Virus record (IMG/VR): IMGVR_UViG_2802428989_000001 | Span: 1-64,000 of that record | DNA: 64,000 nt | Origin: a virus | Reading direction: 5' to 3' (one strand) | Shown: positions 35,823 to 46,425 of the stretch, piece after piece | Layout: every line of letters begins with the position of its first letter | Position numbering within the stretch: position 1 is the first letter of the stretch | Made by a program: the position numbers and the translations under genes | The notes under the pieces: generated by a model | Databases searched by the model: none | Seen by the model: the letters and a program-made list of their open reading frames with translations, nothing else | What the model was told of the DNA's origin: nothing

Positions 35823-36283
35823 CGATCGTCGCAACCATTCCCACCAATCTGCTGGGCGCGCTGCACCGCTACAACCCGATCGCGGTCAACGCGGAGAATG
35901 CGCCAGTTCGCACGTGGACGCCACCGAAGGATCAGCGCGGAGTCTTGTTCTGGTTTCAGGCGGCCGCGCCCCCTGGCGGCGCTGGTGACCCGGAATACAT
36001 CAAGGATCGATCCGTCGATCGGGTTGAACTGTATATCCCACCCGTGCTTATCGACATCGACGGCAATGCAATGGACGACCCCGGCGCGATGGACGTAATC
36101 GACCTCCCCGACAGGAACTCATTGCGAGGCGTGCGGCCCGGACGCGCTGGCCTTCTGCAAGCGCTCGATGACGACCGAATCGTCTGGAACCGCTACGAGG
36201 TTCAAGGCTGGCCCCGCGACTACACCAACGGTTTTCACCTATGGCAACCAGGCAAGGTTATCGATCTAGAAAGGGTCACCTAA
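35819..36283 (+). CDS. Head-tail connector / head closure protein.
   Basis: GTG start overlapping the upstream stop (GTGA). Synteny. Confidence 0.5.
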   Translation: MTIVATIPTNLLGALHRYNPIAVNAENAPVRTWTPPKDQRGVLFWFQAAAPPGGAGDPEYIKDRSVDRVELYIPPVLIDIDGNAMDDPGAMDVIDLPDRNSLRGVRPGRAGLLQALDDDRIVWNRYEVQGWPRDYTNGFHLWQPGKVIDLERVT

Positions 36284-36462
36284 TGTTCCGCGTTCATCTC
36301 AAAAACGCTGACCCTGTGGATTTTCCCGAAGGGGGTAAAACCGAATGGGAGACCGAAGAGGTCACCAATAATCTGGTGGTCAGCACCGAGACACGGGTCG
36401 CCATCTTCAACGGTGATCAGTGGACGCATCTTGTTGAGGATCGCGACATCGATGGCGAGTAG
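36283..36462 (+). CDS. Small hypothetical structural-module protein (59 aa).
   Basis: ATG overlaps the upstream TAA. Synteny. Confidence 0.4.
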   Translation: MFRVHLKNADPVDFPEGGKTEWETEEVTNNLVVSTETRVAIFNGDQWTHLVEDRDIDGE

Positions 36463-36724
36463 CCGGATTCGCATCCAGCACAAGGTAAACGGCTACTACA
36501 AGATTCGTGCAGCTCCCGGCGTCAAGGGCGACCTTGAGCGCCGCGCTGCCGGGATCGCCGCGGCGGCGAACGCCGAGTCCGGCACGGGCGGATTCAAAAC
36601 CAGCAGCATGCAGGGCGTCAAGCGTCCACAAGGTCGCTGGCGTACGACCGTAATTCCGACGACATTCAAGGCCATTCGGCACAATGCTCGACACAATACT
36701 TTGGTGAAGCGGCTCCATGGCTGA
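36452..36724 (+). CDS. Hypothetical head-tail joining protein.
   Basis: Synteny. Basic protein. Confidence 0.45.
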   Translation: MASSRIRIQHKVNGYYKIRAAPGVKGDLERRAAGIAAAANAESGTGGFKTSSMQGVKRPQGRWRTTVIPTTFKAIRHNARHNTLVKRLHG

Positions 36725-37139
36725 GCTGATAGTTCCCAAACCATCTGTAGCACTAGCGGTTCAGGCATTGACCGCAGGGCTACCACAAGCTGGCCTAACC
36801 AGTGTCTTCGTTTCTTCCAAGAAACCGGGCACGGCGACGGGTCACCGCATCCTGCCCGGCAAGTTCATCCGCGTAACGCGACTGAACTCGGGAGGGATGC
36901 TCAATCGCGTTACCGACCAGGCACATCTGCTGATCGAGTGCTGGGACGATAGCGGAGAAGGGGAGAAGCTGGCCAACGCAGCGCGTGGGGTGTTGCGCGC
37001 TGCCAGTGGCCAAACGATCGCTGGCGGATTCGTTCGTTGTGCCGGTGACGATAACGGGCCCGTGGAATTTCCCGATCCCGACGTGCCGAGTCACGACCGC
37101 TATCAGTTCACGGTCGACCTGCTCATCTCCACCAACTAG
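36717..37139 (+). CDS. Tail terminator / head-tail joining protein.
   Basis: Synteny, immediately before the major tail protein gene. Confidence 0.5.
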   Translation: MAELIVPKPSVALAVQALTAGLPQAGLTSVFVSSKKPGTATGHRILPGKFIRVTRLNSGGMLNRVTDQAHLLIECWDDSGEGEKLANAARGVLRAASGQTIAGGFVRCAGDDNGPVEFPDPDVPSHDRYQFTVDLLISTN

Positions 37140-37205
37140 CCCGAAACGGGTGCCCCTCAGGTCCGGTCCAAGTTCCGACCACTTCTCAGTAGAAGGGGAC
37201 CAATT

Positions 37206-37787
37206 ATGGCCAATTCCAAGAACATCTGGGCGGCAACTCTTCACGAGGATGGCGGTAGCTTCTACCGCGCTCCTCTGGGAACCCCGCTGCCTGATGACGC
37301 CCTTGATGCGCTTGACGCTGCATTCAAGGACCACGGCTGGATGGGTGACGACGGGTTCAAGGTGAGCCCCAAGCGTGACACCACCAAGCACAAGGCGTTT
37401 GGTGGGTCCACGGTCAAGACGACCCAGGACAACTACGAATGCACTGTCACCGCAACGATCTACGAGCAGAACATCGTGACGCTCAAGACCGTTTTCGGTG
37501 ATGACAACGTGACCGTGAGCTACGCGAGTGGTCACGCCAAGTACCGCGTCGAATGGTCGGATGCTCAGCTGCCCCGCAGCTCTTTCATCCAGCGCTACAT
37601 CGACGGACGGAAGACCGCGCTCAATGTGATCGAAGAAGGTCAGATCGTAGAGATCGAGGACATCGAGTATGTCCACGATCAACTGGTCAAGTTCACGGTC
37701 AACATCGACGTGTACAAGCCGGAATCTGGTAACCCCGGCGTCTACTCGCTGATCGACGATCCCGACGCCACTGGCTCGGGCTCCTAG
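37206..37787 (+). CDS. Major tail protein.
   Basis: 193 aa. Follows the connector genes and precedes the tail assembly chaperone genes. Followed by a hairpin. Confidence 0.75.
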   Translation: MANSKNIWAATLHEDGGSFYRAPLGTPLPDDALDALDAAFKDHGWMGDDGFKVSPKRDTTKHKAFGGSTVKTTQDNYECTVTATIYEQNIVTLKTVFGDDNVTVSYASGHAKYRVEWSDAQLPRSSFIQRYIDGRKTALNVIEEGQIVEIEDIEYVHDQLVKFTVNIDVYKPESGNPGVYSLIDDPDATGSGS

Positions 37788-37799
37788 ATCGAAAGTCTC

Positions 37800-37846
37800 A
37801 CCCCGGCAATGGTTGTACCCCTGGACCGGACCGCCCTTGCCGGGGT
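37800..37846 (+). other. Long-loop hairpin after the major tail gene (ACCCCGGCAA ... TTGCCGGGGT).
   Basis: 10-bp perfect stem with a 27-nt loop. Possible attenuator or terminator. Confidence 0.4.
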
Positions 37847-37892
37847 GGGGCCGTCCGGTCAACATCTCTCAAATTGAAAGGTTCGGTCCATC

Positions 37893-38351
37893 ATGGCATT
37901 TCGTATCACCCCCGCATCTGAGGCAAAGGTCGAATTTGAGGTGCCTATGAAAGACGGCTCCGTGCTGGCTTTCGCATTGCCGCACATGAACTTCATGGAC
38001 GAAGACCTAGCCCGAAAGATGAAGAAAAACCTCACCGCGCTAGACGCGCCCGTTCCAGTGCTGGATGCCGAGGGTAACCCGATTCTTGATGAAGAGGGCA
38101 ACCCGGAGACCGAGGTGCCGCGCCGGACCATGCACGAGACCACCCGAGACTCGGCCCGAGCCATGCTCAGTGCGGTACTGGATGAGTCGCTGTGCGACCG
38201 GCTGATGACGCTCACGGTCGGCGAGCTGGATCAGATTCTTGCCCACTGGGCCAAGGAGTCTCAGAAGCCAGTCGGACTGGATGGCCAGACCCGCGACAAC
38301 GGCGAGCCTGGCGTCAGCTTGGGGGAATCTTCCGCCTCCTCGAACTCCTAG
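37893..38351 (+). CDS. Tail assembly chaperone (G-like).
   Basis: Immediately upstream of the tape measure gene. Acidic C-terminus. Confidence 0.7.
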   Translation: MAFRITPASEAKVEFEVPMKDGSVLAFALPHMNFMDEDLARKMKKNLTALDAPVPVLDAEGNPILDEEGNPETEVPRRTMHETTRDSARAMLSAVLDESLCDRLMTLTVGELDQILAHWAKESQKPVGLDGQTRDNGEPGVSLGESSASSNS

Positions 38352-38770
38352 ACGAGTGGGGGGAGGCGATCCAAGCCGACCTAATGGATCGCCAGCTTCA
38401 CCGTCGTGATATCGGCTCACTGCTGATGTCCTGGCAGGAATTGCGTGTGTTCCTGGAGAACTTGGGCACCAACTCCGCGCTGTTCCGTGCACGTCATCCG
38501 CGCACGTGGGCATGGGACCTGAACGTAGATCTACTGTGCGCCATCCTTTTCACGCTTCAAGGCGCGAACTGGCAGCGCGCGGGCGGCCGAGGTTCCAAGC
38601 CCAAACAGATCAAGAGGCCCAGCGACGAAGGGCCGTCGATCGATCCGAATATCCCTATGGCCGTGCGTAAACAGCGGCACGACGACGAGATCGCCCGTCG
38701 TCGTGCGGTGCGAGACAAGAGGCGTGGCAGGAAATCACAGATGATCCCGAGAGGAGTGAGCGTTGGCTAA
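37893..38770 (+). CDS. Tail assembly chaperone G-T fusion produced by a -1 programmed frameshift near 38319-38327.
   Basis: The 0 frame and the -1 frame overlap for about 160 nt. The GGGGGAA run (0 frame 'ttG GGG GAA') sits at the end of the overlap. Confidence 0.55.
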
Positions 38771-41700
38771 AGGCGTAGAGCTGGCTGTTGGATACGTCTC
38801 GCTCGTGGCAGAGACTCGCGATCTGCAAAAGGGTGTCACTCGCGCACTGAATGCCGCTGGAAACGACGCTGACGCCATCGGCCGGCGCATGGGGCGCGAT
38901 CTAGGACAGGGGGCGTTCACGTCGTTCGGCGACATCATGAAGAAGGGTCTCGCTACTGCGGGCATCGCGGGCGGCCTTGCGTCGATCACCGCTGGATTCA
39001 CCGCCGCCGTCAAGTCGGGGACTGAGTTCCAGCGGAATTTGAACACCCTTCAGGGCGCATCGAACGCATCGGCGGCCGAGATGGCCCAGATCAGCGCCAG
39101 GGCTCGCGAGCTTGGTAGGGACGTGACACTGACTGGCACCTCGGCGCAGGATGCCGCAGCCGCAATGACCGAGTTGGTGAAGGGTGGCCTGAACGTAAGG
39201 CAGGCGATGGACGCCGCACGCGGGACTCTCCAACTCGCCACGGCCGCACAAGTGGACGCCGCAACTGCTGCCGAAATTCAGGCTCGCACTCTCAACACCT
39301 TCGGCCTTGGTGCGGAGTCCGCGGCCATGGTCGCCGACAACCTCTCGAATGCCGCCGCCGCAGCAAGCGGTGAAATCACCGATGTCGCCTACGCAATGCA
39401 GGCTGGCGGCGCAGTCGCATCCAACTTCGGGCTGTCCGTCGAAGATACGACCACCGCACTGGCGCTGTTTGCCAAGAACGGCATCATCGGCAGTGACGCC
39501 GGAACGATGCTCAAGGCATCACTGCTGGCCATCACCGATTCGAGTAAGCCCGCTCAGGGTGCGATCGAAGAGTTGGGTCTGACTCTATACGACCAGCAGG
39601 GGCGCTTTGTCGGCATCCGCTCGATGATGGACCAGCTCAATCAGGCCGCAAAGCGGATGACGCCGGAGATGTTCCAATCCGCGACCACAACACTCTACGG
39701 CTCGGACGCTGCCCGTATCGCCGGTATCGCAGCTCGGACGAGCGGCAAAGACTTCGATGTGATGCGGGAGGCTGTCACCAAACAAGGGGGCGCGGCACGT
39801 CTGGCCTCTGCTCAGCTCACGGGTCTACCGGGAGTCTTTGAACGTCTGTCGAATACGGTCGATGACGCCAAGCTTCAGTTGTCAGATCTGGTTGATGGTC
39901 CGCTCATGCAGGTCGGCAACTGGGTCAACACGACGCTTGGCGATCTCCTAGATGCACTCAAGGGCGACACCAGTAGTGGCGTCTTTTCAGACATAACCAA
40001 AGAGGTCAAACAGGCATGGCCGGACATTCAGAAGTTCGGCAAGGCGCTCGGTGAGGTTCTCCAAACGCTTGGCAGCGCGGCGTGGACCGGCTTCGTAGAA
40101 GCGCTGAAAGTCGCCGGTGACGTTATAGGATTCGTTGCGCCGCTTCTAAGTACGGTTGCAAGTGCGCTCGACGGTCAAGAGTCGTTGGTTACCGCGGTCG
40201 CGGTGGCATGGGCTTCATGGAAGTTCATCCCCGCACTTCTAGACAGGCTACCGGGTCCGCTGGGTAACCTGCGGCAGACCCTACCCGGTGTTGTCACCGG
40301 CATGCGTGGATTCCGCGAAGAGATGCAGTTACAGCGCAGTCTTGGGGCCGCGCAGGGTGTCCAGTTGAATGGCATGAACGCAGCTCTTGCCACCATGCAG
40401 GCGCGGTATTCGGTACTTGGTCGCATGGGTGAGGCGTACCGCTCAGGTGTCGATGGTGCCGAACGGTTCGGGCGTACAGCAGGTGTGGCACGTGCAGCGA
40501 CCGCTGGCTTATCCACCGCGGCAGGCGGTCTCATGTCAGCACTCGGTGGACCGTGGGGGTTGGCACTTGGCGGTGCATCAGTCGCACTGGGCCTACTCGC
40601 CGCGAAGCACCAAGAGGCTGCCGACAAGGCTGCTCAACAGCGTCAGGAAGAGGAAGCGCTTCGCGCCACACTTGACAAATCGACAGGTCGAATCACCGAG
40701 CAGACGCGTGAACAGGTCGCGACCAAGTTTCAGGAAATCAACACCGATCAGCGCGCACGCAGCTACGGCCTAGATCCCACCCAACTACTCGATGCAGCAC
40801 TGGGAACTGGCGATCCCAACGCGTACAACGACATCCGCAAGAGAGCTGCCGATATCATCGGTGAGCAGGTCAGCGACAAGGGGCTGCGAACCAGAAGCGC
40901 GATGATCGACATCCGCAACGCGGGTATCAGCAATGAAGAACTGACGCAGGCACTTCTACGCGAGGGCACCGCGTGGGATGACGTTAACAAGAAGCTCAGT
41001 GACTATCAGTCAAACCAGAAGAGCATCAACAAGGACTACCAAAAAGGTGTTGAGGGCCTTCAGGGCTTCATAGACATCATGCCCGATGTGCGCGAGTCGT
41101 TTATCACGATGACGCAGAACATCAATGAGCAACGAAACTCCATCGGCGACATGTCACAGAAGCAACGTGACCTTCAGTCCATGCTCGAAGGCACGTGGCG
41201 CGCAACAGAAGAGGGCGTAAAGCGGTTCAAGGATCTCGGCGCATCCATTGTTCAAGTGCCAGACAGTAAGTCGGTCGTCGTAACCGCTCTCACCGAGGAG
41301 GCCCAAAACAAGCTCAAGAGTCTGGGCTACGAGGTGCAGAAGATGAAGGACGGCAACTTCAAGGTTGTCGCCGAGACAGACGAGGCTAAGCGCCGCATTG
41401 CGGAGCTGATCGAGAAGATCAATCAGCCGCACACCATGACCATTCAGGCGCAGATGACAGGTCTGGGCGCGATCCTGCCTGGACCTATAGGCCCTGTGGC
41501 GGGTGCCTTGCAGCAGCTTCCAAAGAAGAAGGATGGCGGCGCGGTCTACGGTCCCGGTAGCAGAAAGTCCGATGACGTACTCATGTGGGGTTCGCAGGGT
41601 GAGCACATGCTCACTGCTGACGACGTGGACAACATGGGTGGACACCGAGGCGTGTTTCAGCTTCGGCGCGCGGCGGCGCAGGGCATGCTTCCGGGGTTCA

Positions 41701-43319
41701 AGGATGGTGGACCCGTTGACCTGGAAGACCTCTTCGGAGGCGATCTCGGTCCAGGTCTTGCGGATGAAACAGGCCTGCAGAGCAAGACAATTCTCATCAA
41801 CCGCGCCATCTCGATGCTGTTCGGTGATCGCATTCGGAAGATCGGCGGCATGCGCGCCGACTCGATGCCGTACCACCCGTCTGGGCGCGCACTCGACATC
41901 ATGATTCCAGATTCGAGCACACCCGAGGGTAAACAACTCGGTGACGACATTCGTCGGCACCTGCTGGAGAATGCCAGCGCATACGGCCTCGAAGATGTTA
42001 TCTGGCAACAGAACTGGACCGGAGCGAACGGCCAATCGAACCGGATGGACGACCGCGGTAACCCAACCGCCAACCATATGGATCACGTTCACGCCACGTC
42101 CATTGGAGGCGGGAAGCCGCGCAAAAACACCCGGTTTGTATTGCCCGCGAAGGTGCGACGCCAGCTCACCGAGCAGTACATGGCCAACGGTGGCACCGGA
42201 CCAGCCAATGCCGCCAGCCTCATGGCACAGATCATGGGTAACGGCGGCATTCCAACAGGCCGCGAAAACGGCGTGAGCGCCCTGGCTGCCGGTGACATGA
42301 ACAATCGCGGCACCGACCGCACCGAAGGCTACATTCCCGCCGCAGCCGGTAGCACCGGCACCGCGGGAACCAGTTTCGCCTCCGGGCTGCTCAACATGGG
42401 CGCCGAGGCAGTCAACGGGCTCATCGATCAGGCCGCGTCAGCGGCGGCCACAGCAGCATCAGCGGCCGCCACAGCCGGCAGCTTCGGCGCAGGCGGTCAG
42501 GCCGCAGGTCCGGCCGCCGCTGCCGCGATCGGTCTCGGAGCGAACGCCGCCAAGCGCGGTGTGAGCTGGGGCTTCCAGATGGCCGGTATCGGCGTGGACG
42601 CGCTCGTCGAGCAGTTGTTTCCGTTCGGCGCCCCGCGCTGGCTGGGCTACGACTACACCGGCTTTGTCCCGCAACTTCAGAATCAGAGCGCGGCGACCAC
42701 GACTCTGGAAAAGGCCGAGGCACAGAAGTCGGCTGTCGATCCCAACACCAAAGAGCACGGCAAGGGCCTGGGTGCCGCACCTGGCCCCGAGCTACCCGGC
42801 GCACCCGTCCAGGCGGGGCAGATGCCCGGCTCTGGCGCGCCCGGTATACAGACACAGGCACAGCCCGGCGCACTGCCCGGTGTAGGCGGTGGTCAGGGGC
42901 CGTTGCCACCACCCCCCGCTAGCTCCAATCCGTTCGGCACGAAAACCGGACCCGGTCCCGCAGCACCGCCGCCGACGATGGACGGCCCGCCCGCAGCGAC
43001 ACCGCAGCAGCAGAATCCGAACTCACCGATGGGCCCGGAATGGCTCAAGATGATGGGCATTTTTGACTCCGGCGGCATGCTGCCTCCCGGTGGTATGGCC
43101 ATCAACCTATCGAAGTCACCCGAGCCGGTTCTAACCGGCCGCCAGTGGGCCGATGTCAGCACCGCGGCCGCGCGTCAGCCGCTAGAGCCGGGTGCTCTAC
43201 AGGGCAACGACTACAGCATCAAGGTCGACAACATCAACGTCAAGGATGTGGACGAATTGATGGGCCAGCTCAACGACAAACAGAAGCTCCAGATGATGCG
43301 ATACGCGGGGCGTCCGTGA
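38763..43319 (+). CDS. Tape measure protein.
   Basis: 1518 aa, Ala/Gly-rich, helical N-terminus. Embedded motifs 'YGPGSRKSDDVLMWGSQGEH' and 'YHPSGRALDIMIP...GLEDVIWQQNW' resemble the hydrolase-like motifs reported in mycobacteriophage tape measure proteins. Confidence 0.9.
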   Translation: MAKGVELAVGYVSLVAETRDLQKGVTRALNAAGNDADAIGRRMGRDLGQGAFTSFGDIMKKGLATAGIAGGLASITAGFTAAVKSGTEFQRNLNTLQGASNASAAEMAQISARARELGRDVTLTGTSAQDAAAAMTELVKGGLNVRQAMDAARGTLQLATAAQVDAATAAEIQARTLNTFGLGAESAAMVADNLSNAAAAASGEITDVAYAMQAGGAVASNFGLSVEDTTTALALFAKNGIIGSDAGTMLKASLLAITDSSKPAQGAIEELGLTLYDQQGRFVGIRSMMDQLNQAAKRMTPEMFQSATTTLYGSDAARIAGIAARTSGKDFDVMREAVTKQGGAARLASAQLTGLPGVFERLSNTVDDAKLQLSDLVDGPLMQVGNWVNTTLGDLLDALKGDTSSGVFSDITKEVKQAWPDIQKFGKALGEVLQTLGSAAWTGFVEALKVAGDVIGFVAPLLSTVASALDGQESLVTAVAVAWASWKFIPALLDRLPGPLGNLRQTLPGVVTGMRGFREEMQLQRSLGAAQGVQLNGMNAALATMQARYSVLGRMGEAYRSGVDGAERFGRTAGVARAATAGLSTAAGGLMSALGGPWGLALGGASVALGLLAAKHQEAADKAAQQRQEEEALRATLDKSTGRITEQTREQVATKFQEINTDQRARSYGLDPTQLLDAALGTGDPNAYNDIRKRAADIIGEQVSDKGLRTRSAMIDIRNAGISNEELTQALLREGTAWDDVNKKLSDYQSNQKSINKDYQKGVEGLQGFIDIMPDVRESFITMTQNINEQRNSIGDMSQKQRDLQSMLEGTWRATEEGVKRFKDLGASIVQVPDSKSVVVTALTEEAQNKLKSLGYEVQKMKDGNFKVVAETDEAKRRIAELIEKINQPHTMTIQAQMTGLGAILPGPIGPVAGALQQLPKKKDGGAVYGPGSRKSDDVLMWGSQGEHMLTADDVDNMGGHRGVFQLRRAAAQGMLPGFKDGGPVDLEDLFGGDLGPGLADETGLQSKTILINRAISMLFGDRIRKIGGMRADSMPYHPSGRALDIMIPDSSTPEGKQLGDDIRRHLLENASAYGLEDVIWQQNWTGANGQSNRMDDRGNPTANHMDHVHATSIGGGKPRKNTRFVLPAKVRRQLTEQYMANGGTGPANAASLMAQIMGNGGIPTGRENGVSALAAGDMNNRGTDRTEGYIPAAAGSTGTAGTSFASGLLNMGAEAVNGLIDQAASAAATAASAAATAGSFGAGGQAAGPAAAAAIGLGANAAKRGVSWGFQMAGIGVDALVEQLFPFGAPRWLGYDYTGFVPQLQNQSAATTTLEKAEAQKSAVDPNTKEHGKGLGAAPGPELPGAPVQAGQMPGSGAPGIQTQAQPGALPGVGGGQGPLPPPPASSNPFGTKTGPGPAAPPPTMDGPPAATPQQQNPNSPMGPEWLKMMGIFDSGGMLPPGGMAINLSKSPEPVLTGRQWADVSTAAARQPLEPGALQGNDYSIKVDNINVKDVDELMGQLNDKQKLQMMRYAGRP

Positions 43320-44269
43320 GTAGCAATCCGTTCATCATCCAGCCTGATCGCTATGAATCGCAGATCCTTTCGATGTGGATCAGTGGTGACGGTCGCCGAT
43401 TTCATACGCATGGCGAGGTAGAAGGCCATGAGGGTGTCTGGAATGCAAAGGGTCAGGTGCAGGGCATCTATGACGCCCCAGTCAAGACCACCTGGAAGGC
43501 CGGCGCGTTCCAGGATGGCGCGACCCAGAAGGGCAAGAAGGTTCTGCACCGTGACCTTACCCTCGGATTCCATTGCATCGAAACACTCGGTCGCACAATG
43601 GAAGAGAACGAATCAGACTTCCGCAAGATCTTTGCCTACGAAGAGGACGAGTGGGACGACGACCCCGAGCCGATCACGCTAGGCATCGAGACCGAGAAGT
43701 CCGGCGTGCGCATGCTGGACGTGCTGATGTACGAGAACCCGGTCATCGAATCCGACATCGACCCGATCAAGCAACAGTACCTCAACCTGATCCTGAAACT
43801 CCGTGCAGGACAACCCATGTGGTACGAAACGCCGGTTGTCACCGAGTTCTCGGATGGCAGCACCGACGCGGCGGGGTTCATCGAGATCGAGAACCCAACC
43901 GATCAGCCCATGCGGCACAAGTGGATTCTGACTCGTGCCGAGTGGGAGATCCCAGACTTCAGTTGGCGCGGCAAGAAGTACGCGCGGAAACCTGGTGGAG
44001 CCTACCGCTCCCGAGTGCTGTCGATTCCGCCGATCACCGCCGTACAGGGTGGCGCGGTCATCAGTCTGAACAAGCAGGACTTGATGATTCGGGACGCGCA
44101 CTACACCAACATGTTGCCGCTGATGAATGGCCGATTTTTCATGCACGTCATCCCGCCGTACACCCCGAAGCAGCAGATTCCGATCAGCTACAAGAACGCC
44201 CCCACTGGAGGTGCGATGGCTCAACTGGTACAGCCGCGCCTCTGGTCGCGGCCATGGGGTCTTGAGTGA
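43316..44269 (+). CDS. Minor tail protein (distal tail / Dit-like by position).
   Basis: GTG start overlapping the tape measure stop. Confidence 0.65.
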   Translation: MSSNPFIIQPDRYESQILSMWISGDGRRFHTHGEVEGHEGVWNAKGQVQGIYDAPVKTTWKAGAFQDGATQKGKKVLHRDLTLGFHCIETLGRTMEENESDFRKIFAYEEDEWDDDPEPITLGIETEKSGVRMLDVLMYENPVIESDIDPIKQQYLNLILKLRAGQPMWYETPVVTEFSDGSTDAAGFIEIENPTDQPMRHKWILTRAEWEIPDFSWRGKKYARKPGGAYRSRVLSIPPITAVQGGAVISLNKQDLMIRDAHYTNMLPLMNGRFFMHVIPPYTPKQQIPISYKNAPTGGAMAQLVQPRLWSRPWGLE

Positions 44270-45993
44270 GCGTCAACGACGCCACCGCCGTACTCGACTA
44301 CGAACCCATTCAGCTCGACTTCGACAACCTAGACCTGCGCGCCCAGTGCGAGGCGATCTGGGACGAGACGATCAAGCAAGAGCGCGCCGAGGTCAGACTT
44401 CGCCGTCAGCCGCCGATCGTCCGCATCTTCGATGGTGAATGGGAATTACATCACGTACTGGCCACCGAGTACCGCGCCGAATTCTCGTTTATCTCCAACG
44501 ACTCTGGCCCCGGTCAGACAGACATCCCGTTCACGTCAGAAGTGGCGCAATGGATTCACGACATGCAAGGCCGCATGGACCGTGGCGAGAAACGCAATGT
44601 CCACATCACCGTGGACTACTGCGGCGCGCGCTGGTCCGGTCGACTCGACAAAGCGACACTGAAGTCTGACGAGGATGGCGACCAAACACTAAGTGTCACT
44701 TGGCTTCACGACTACGAAAATTTGAAATGGTATTCCGTCTGGAGTAACCCGTTCCTGCCAGCGGCATTTCAGGCGCCCCGCGCTTTTATCCTGGCTGGCC
44801 CCGTTCCATGGATTTTGAAGCTAAGTCTTTTTCTTCAATTCTTCCGAGAGCACAACCCGCTCATCACAATTCCAGATGACCCGCTGAATCTGGCTAGCTG
44901 GTTCTCCGGACTTGACCAGTCCACCTGGAGCATCGTCGTCAAGCCCACGTCGTTCTTCGAGGCGATGGCTAGCGGTGCCGTCTGGGGCATGGTTTCCTCT
45001 CGCTGGGCCAACTGGCACGACATGGCCAAGATCATGCTCGAAGACGCCGAATACAGCGTCGTGTGCCGCCGCTGGCTAGAGGGCGACCCCGAACCATGGC
45101 CCGGCGCCAAACTGCGCAGCGGAACCCTGGTCATCGACATCGTTGACAAGTCCGGCGTGATGATCGGAACGTCACACGGCGGCACCATGTTCGACGGATT
45201 ATTCCGCACCGCAGCCGAATTCGCCGATGACTTCATTGACTCGACCGACGACCTGATTGCCGATAACGACATACCCGAGGACTACTTCATCCCAGGACTG
45301 CGGCTGACCCGCAAGGAGATGCCGTACGTCATCTACCGCGACGGTGACCAATCGCCCATCCAGACATCGGAATTCACCGTGTCACCCGCCAAAGGTATTC
45401 AGGTGAACGTCGGCGGTCACTCGATGCCCGGCGTCAACGAGGCCATCAGCGCGTCTATACAGGCCGGGTTCGACATCCTCGGCGGTATCGCCCAGATCGG
45501 CTCACTCGGTGGCACAGTTGACACACTGGTCAAACCCCTCTACGAGGACACCGTTCTGGCGTGGTGGTCAGTCAAATCCACTCAGAGAGCGCAGAATTCG
45601 GGATGGTCTCGATATTTCGAGTACTTCCAGGATGGCGCGAACAAGGCGTACACCATCGCGGCGCTGATGGTGCTTCGCGCCGGCTTCTGGGCGACGAAGA
45701 CAACCATCAGTTGCAAGGTGTCGGTGGTAGATGGTGCCCCATTCATGGTGGGCGACAGCGGACTTGGTCACTTCTTTCTAGATGATCGTGTAGGCATCGC
45801 CCTGCGCAACGACACGCGGAACCGAATCCAGATGGACAGGTGCCGCCGCATCGACCTCAAGTGGGACGAAGAGACCCCACCTGAATGGCAACTAACCATC
45901 GGCGACGAACGCGCGCTACAGGACCCGGCACAGCGGGCCTGGGGCAAGATCGAGTCCATCGTCGCCGCCCTGCGAGATCTGGGAGTGTACTAA
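44266..45993 (+). CDS. Minor tail protein (Tal-like by position and size).
   Basis: 575 aa, second gene after the tape measure gene. Confidence 0.65.
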   Translation: MSVNDATAVLDYEPIQLDFDNLDLRAQCEAIWDETIKQERAEVRLRRQPPIVRIFDGEWELHHVLATEYRAEFSFISNDSGPGQTDIPFTSEVAQWIHDMQGRMDRGEKRNVHITVDYCGARWSGRLDKATLKSDEDGDQTLSVTWLHDYENLKWYSVWSNPFLPAAFQAPRAFILAGPVPWILKLSLFLQFFREHNPLITIPDDPLNLASWFSGLDQSTWSIVVKPTSFFEAMASGAVWGMVSSRWANWHDMAKIMLEDAEYSVVCRRWLEGDPEPWPGAKLRSGTLVIDIVDKSGVMIGTSHGGTMFDGLFRTAAEFADDFIDSTDDLIADNDIPEDYFIPGLRLTRKEMPYVIYRDGDQSPIQTSEFTVSPAKGIQVNVGGHSMPGVNEAISASIQAGFDILGGIAQIGSLGGTVDTLVKPLYEDTVLAWWSVKSTQRAQNSGWSRYFEYFQDGANKAYTIAALMVLRAGFWATKTTISCKVSVVDGAPFMVGDSGLGHFFLDDRVGIALRNDTRNRIQMDRCRRIDLKWDEETPPEWQLTIGDERALQDPAQRAWGKIESIVAALRDLGVY

Positions 45994-46425
45994 GTGACGA
46001 TGCCCGCGATGAATCCCAATTTCGGGATGAACGGTGCCAACGCTCAAGACTATGAATTCTCCAAAGGCTTTCCCACACGCGAGAATTGCGACCTTGAAAA
46101 CCCGCGCGAGATGTTTCTCTGGATGCTCGTCGCGCTACCGGGTGTCGTCGGCGCTCAGCTCGTCATGCCCATTGGATACAACATGGCGGTCTCTGAGCAC
46201 CTGTACGAATGTGGCGCTGGACTGGTTCGCGAGCCCGTCAAGAAGTGGATTCCACCGAAGGCTAATGGCCCGCACTGGATGACCTCGCCGGGGCAGTGGG
46301 TTCCCTTGGAAACACCTGTCGAGGAACAGCATCCAGCCGATGTAGCGATTAACAAGCTGTCTCGGCTCCAGCAGGCAGAGCTTCTTGAGCGCCTACTCAA
46401 GATGCGTGAGAGCGGCGATCTGTGA
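45994..46425 (+). CDS. Minor tail protein.
   Basis: Synteny. Confidence 0.5.
   Translation: MTMPAMNPNFGMNGANAQDYEFSKGFPTRENCDLENPREMFLWMLVALPGVVGAQLVMPIGYNMAVSEHLYECGAGLVREPVKKWIPPKANGPHWMTSPGQWVPLETPVEEQHPADVAINKLSRLQQAELLERLLKMRESGDL

Noticed and set aside
36795-37865. 356-aa - strand ORF across the head-tail and major tail genes.
   Set aside because: It is antisense to a syntenic structural operon whose + strand genes have RBSs and overlapping starts. No motifs.
41154-42092. 312-aa - strand ORF inside the tape measure gene.
   Set aside because: It is antisense to the 1518-aa tape measure gene, which is unambiguous by position and length.
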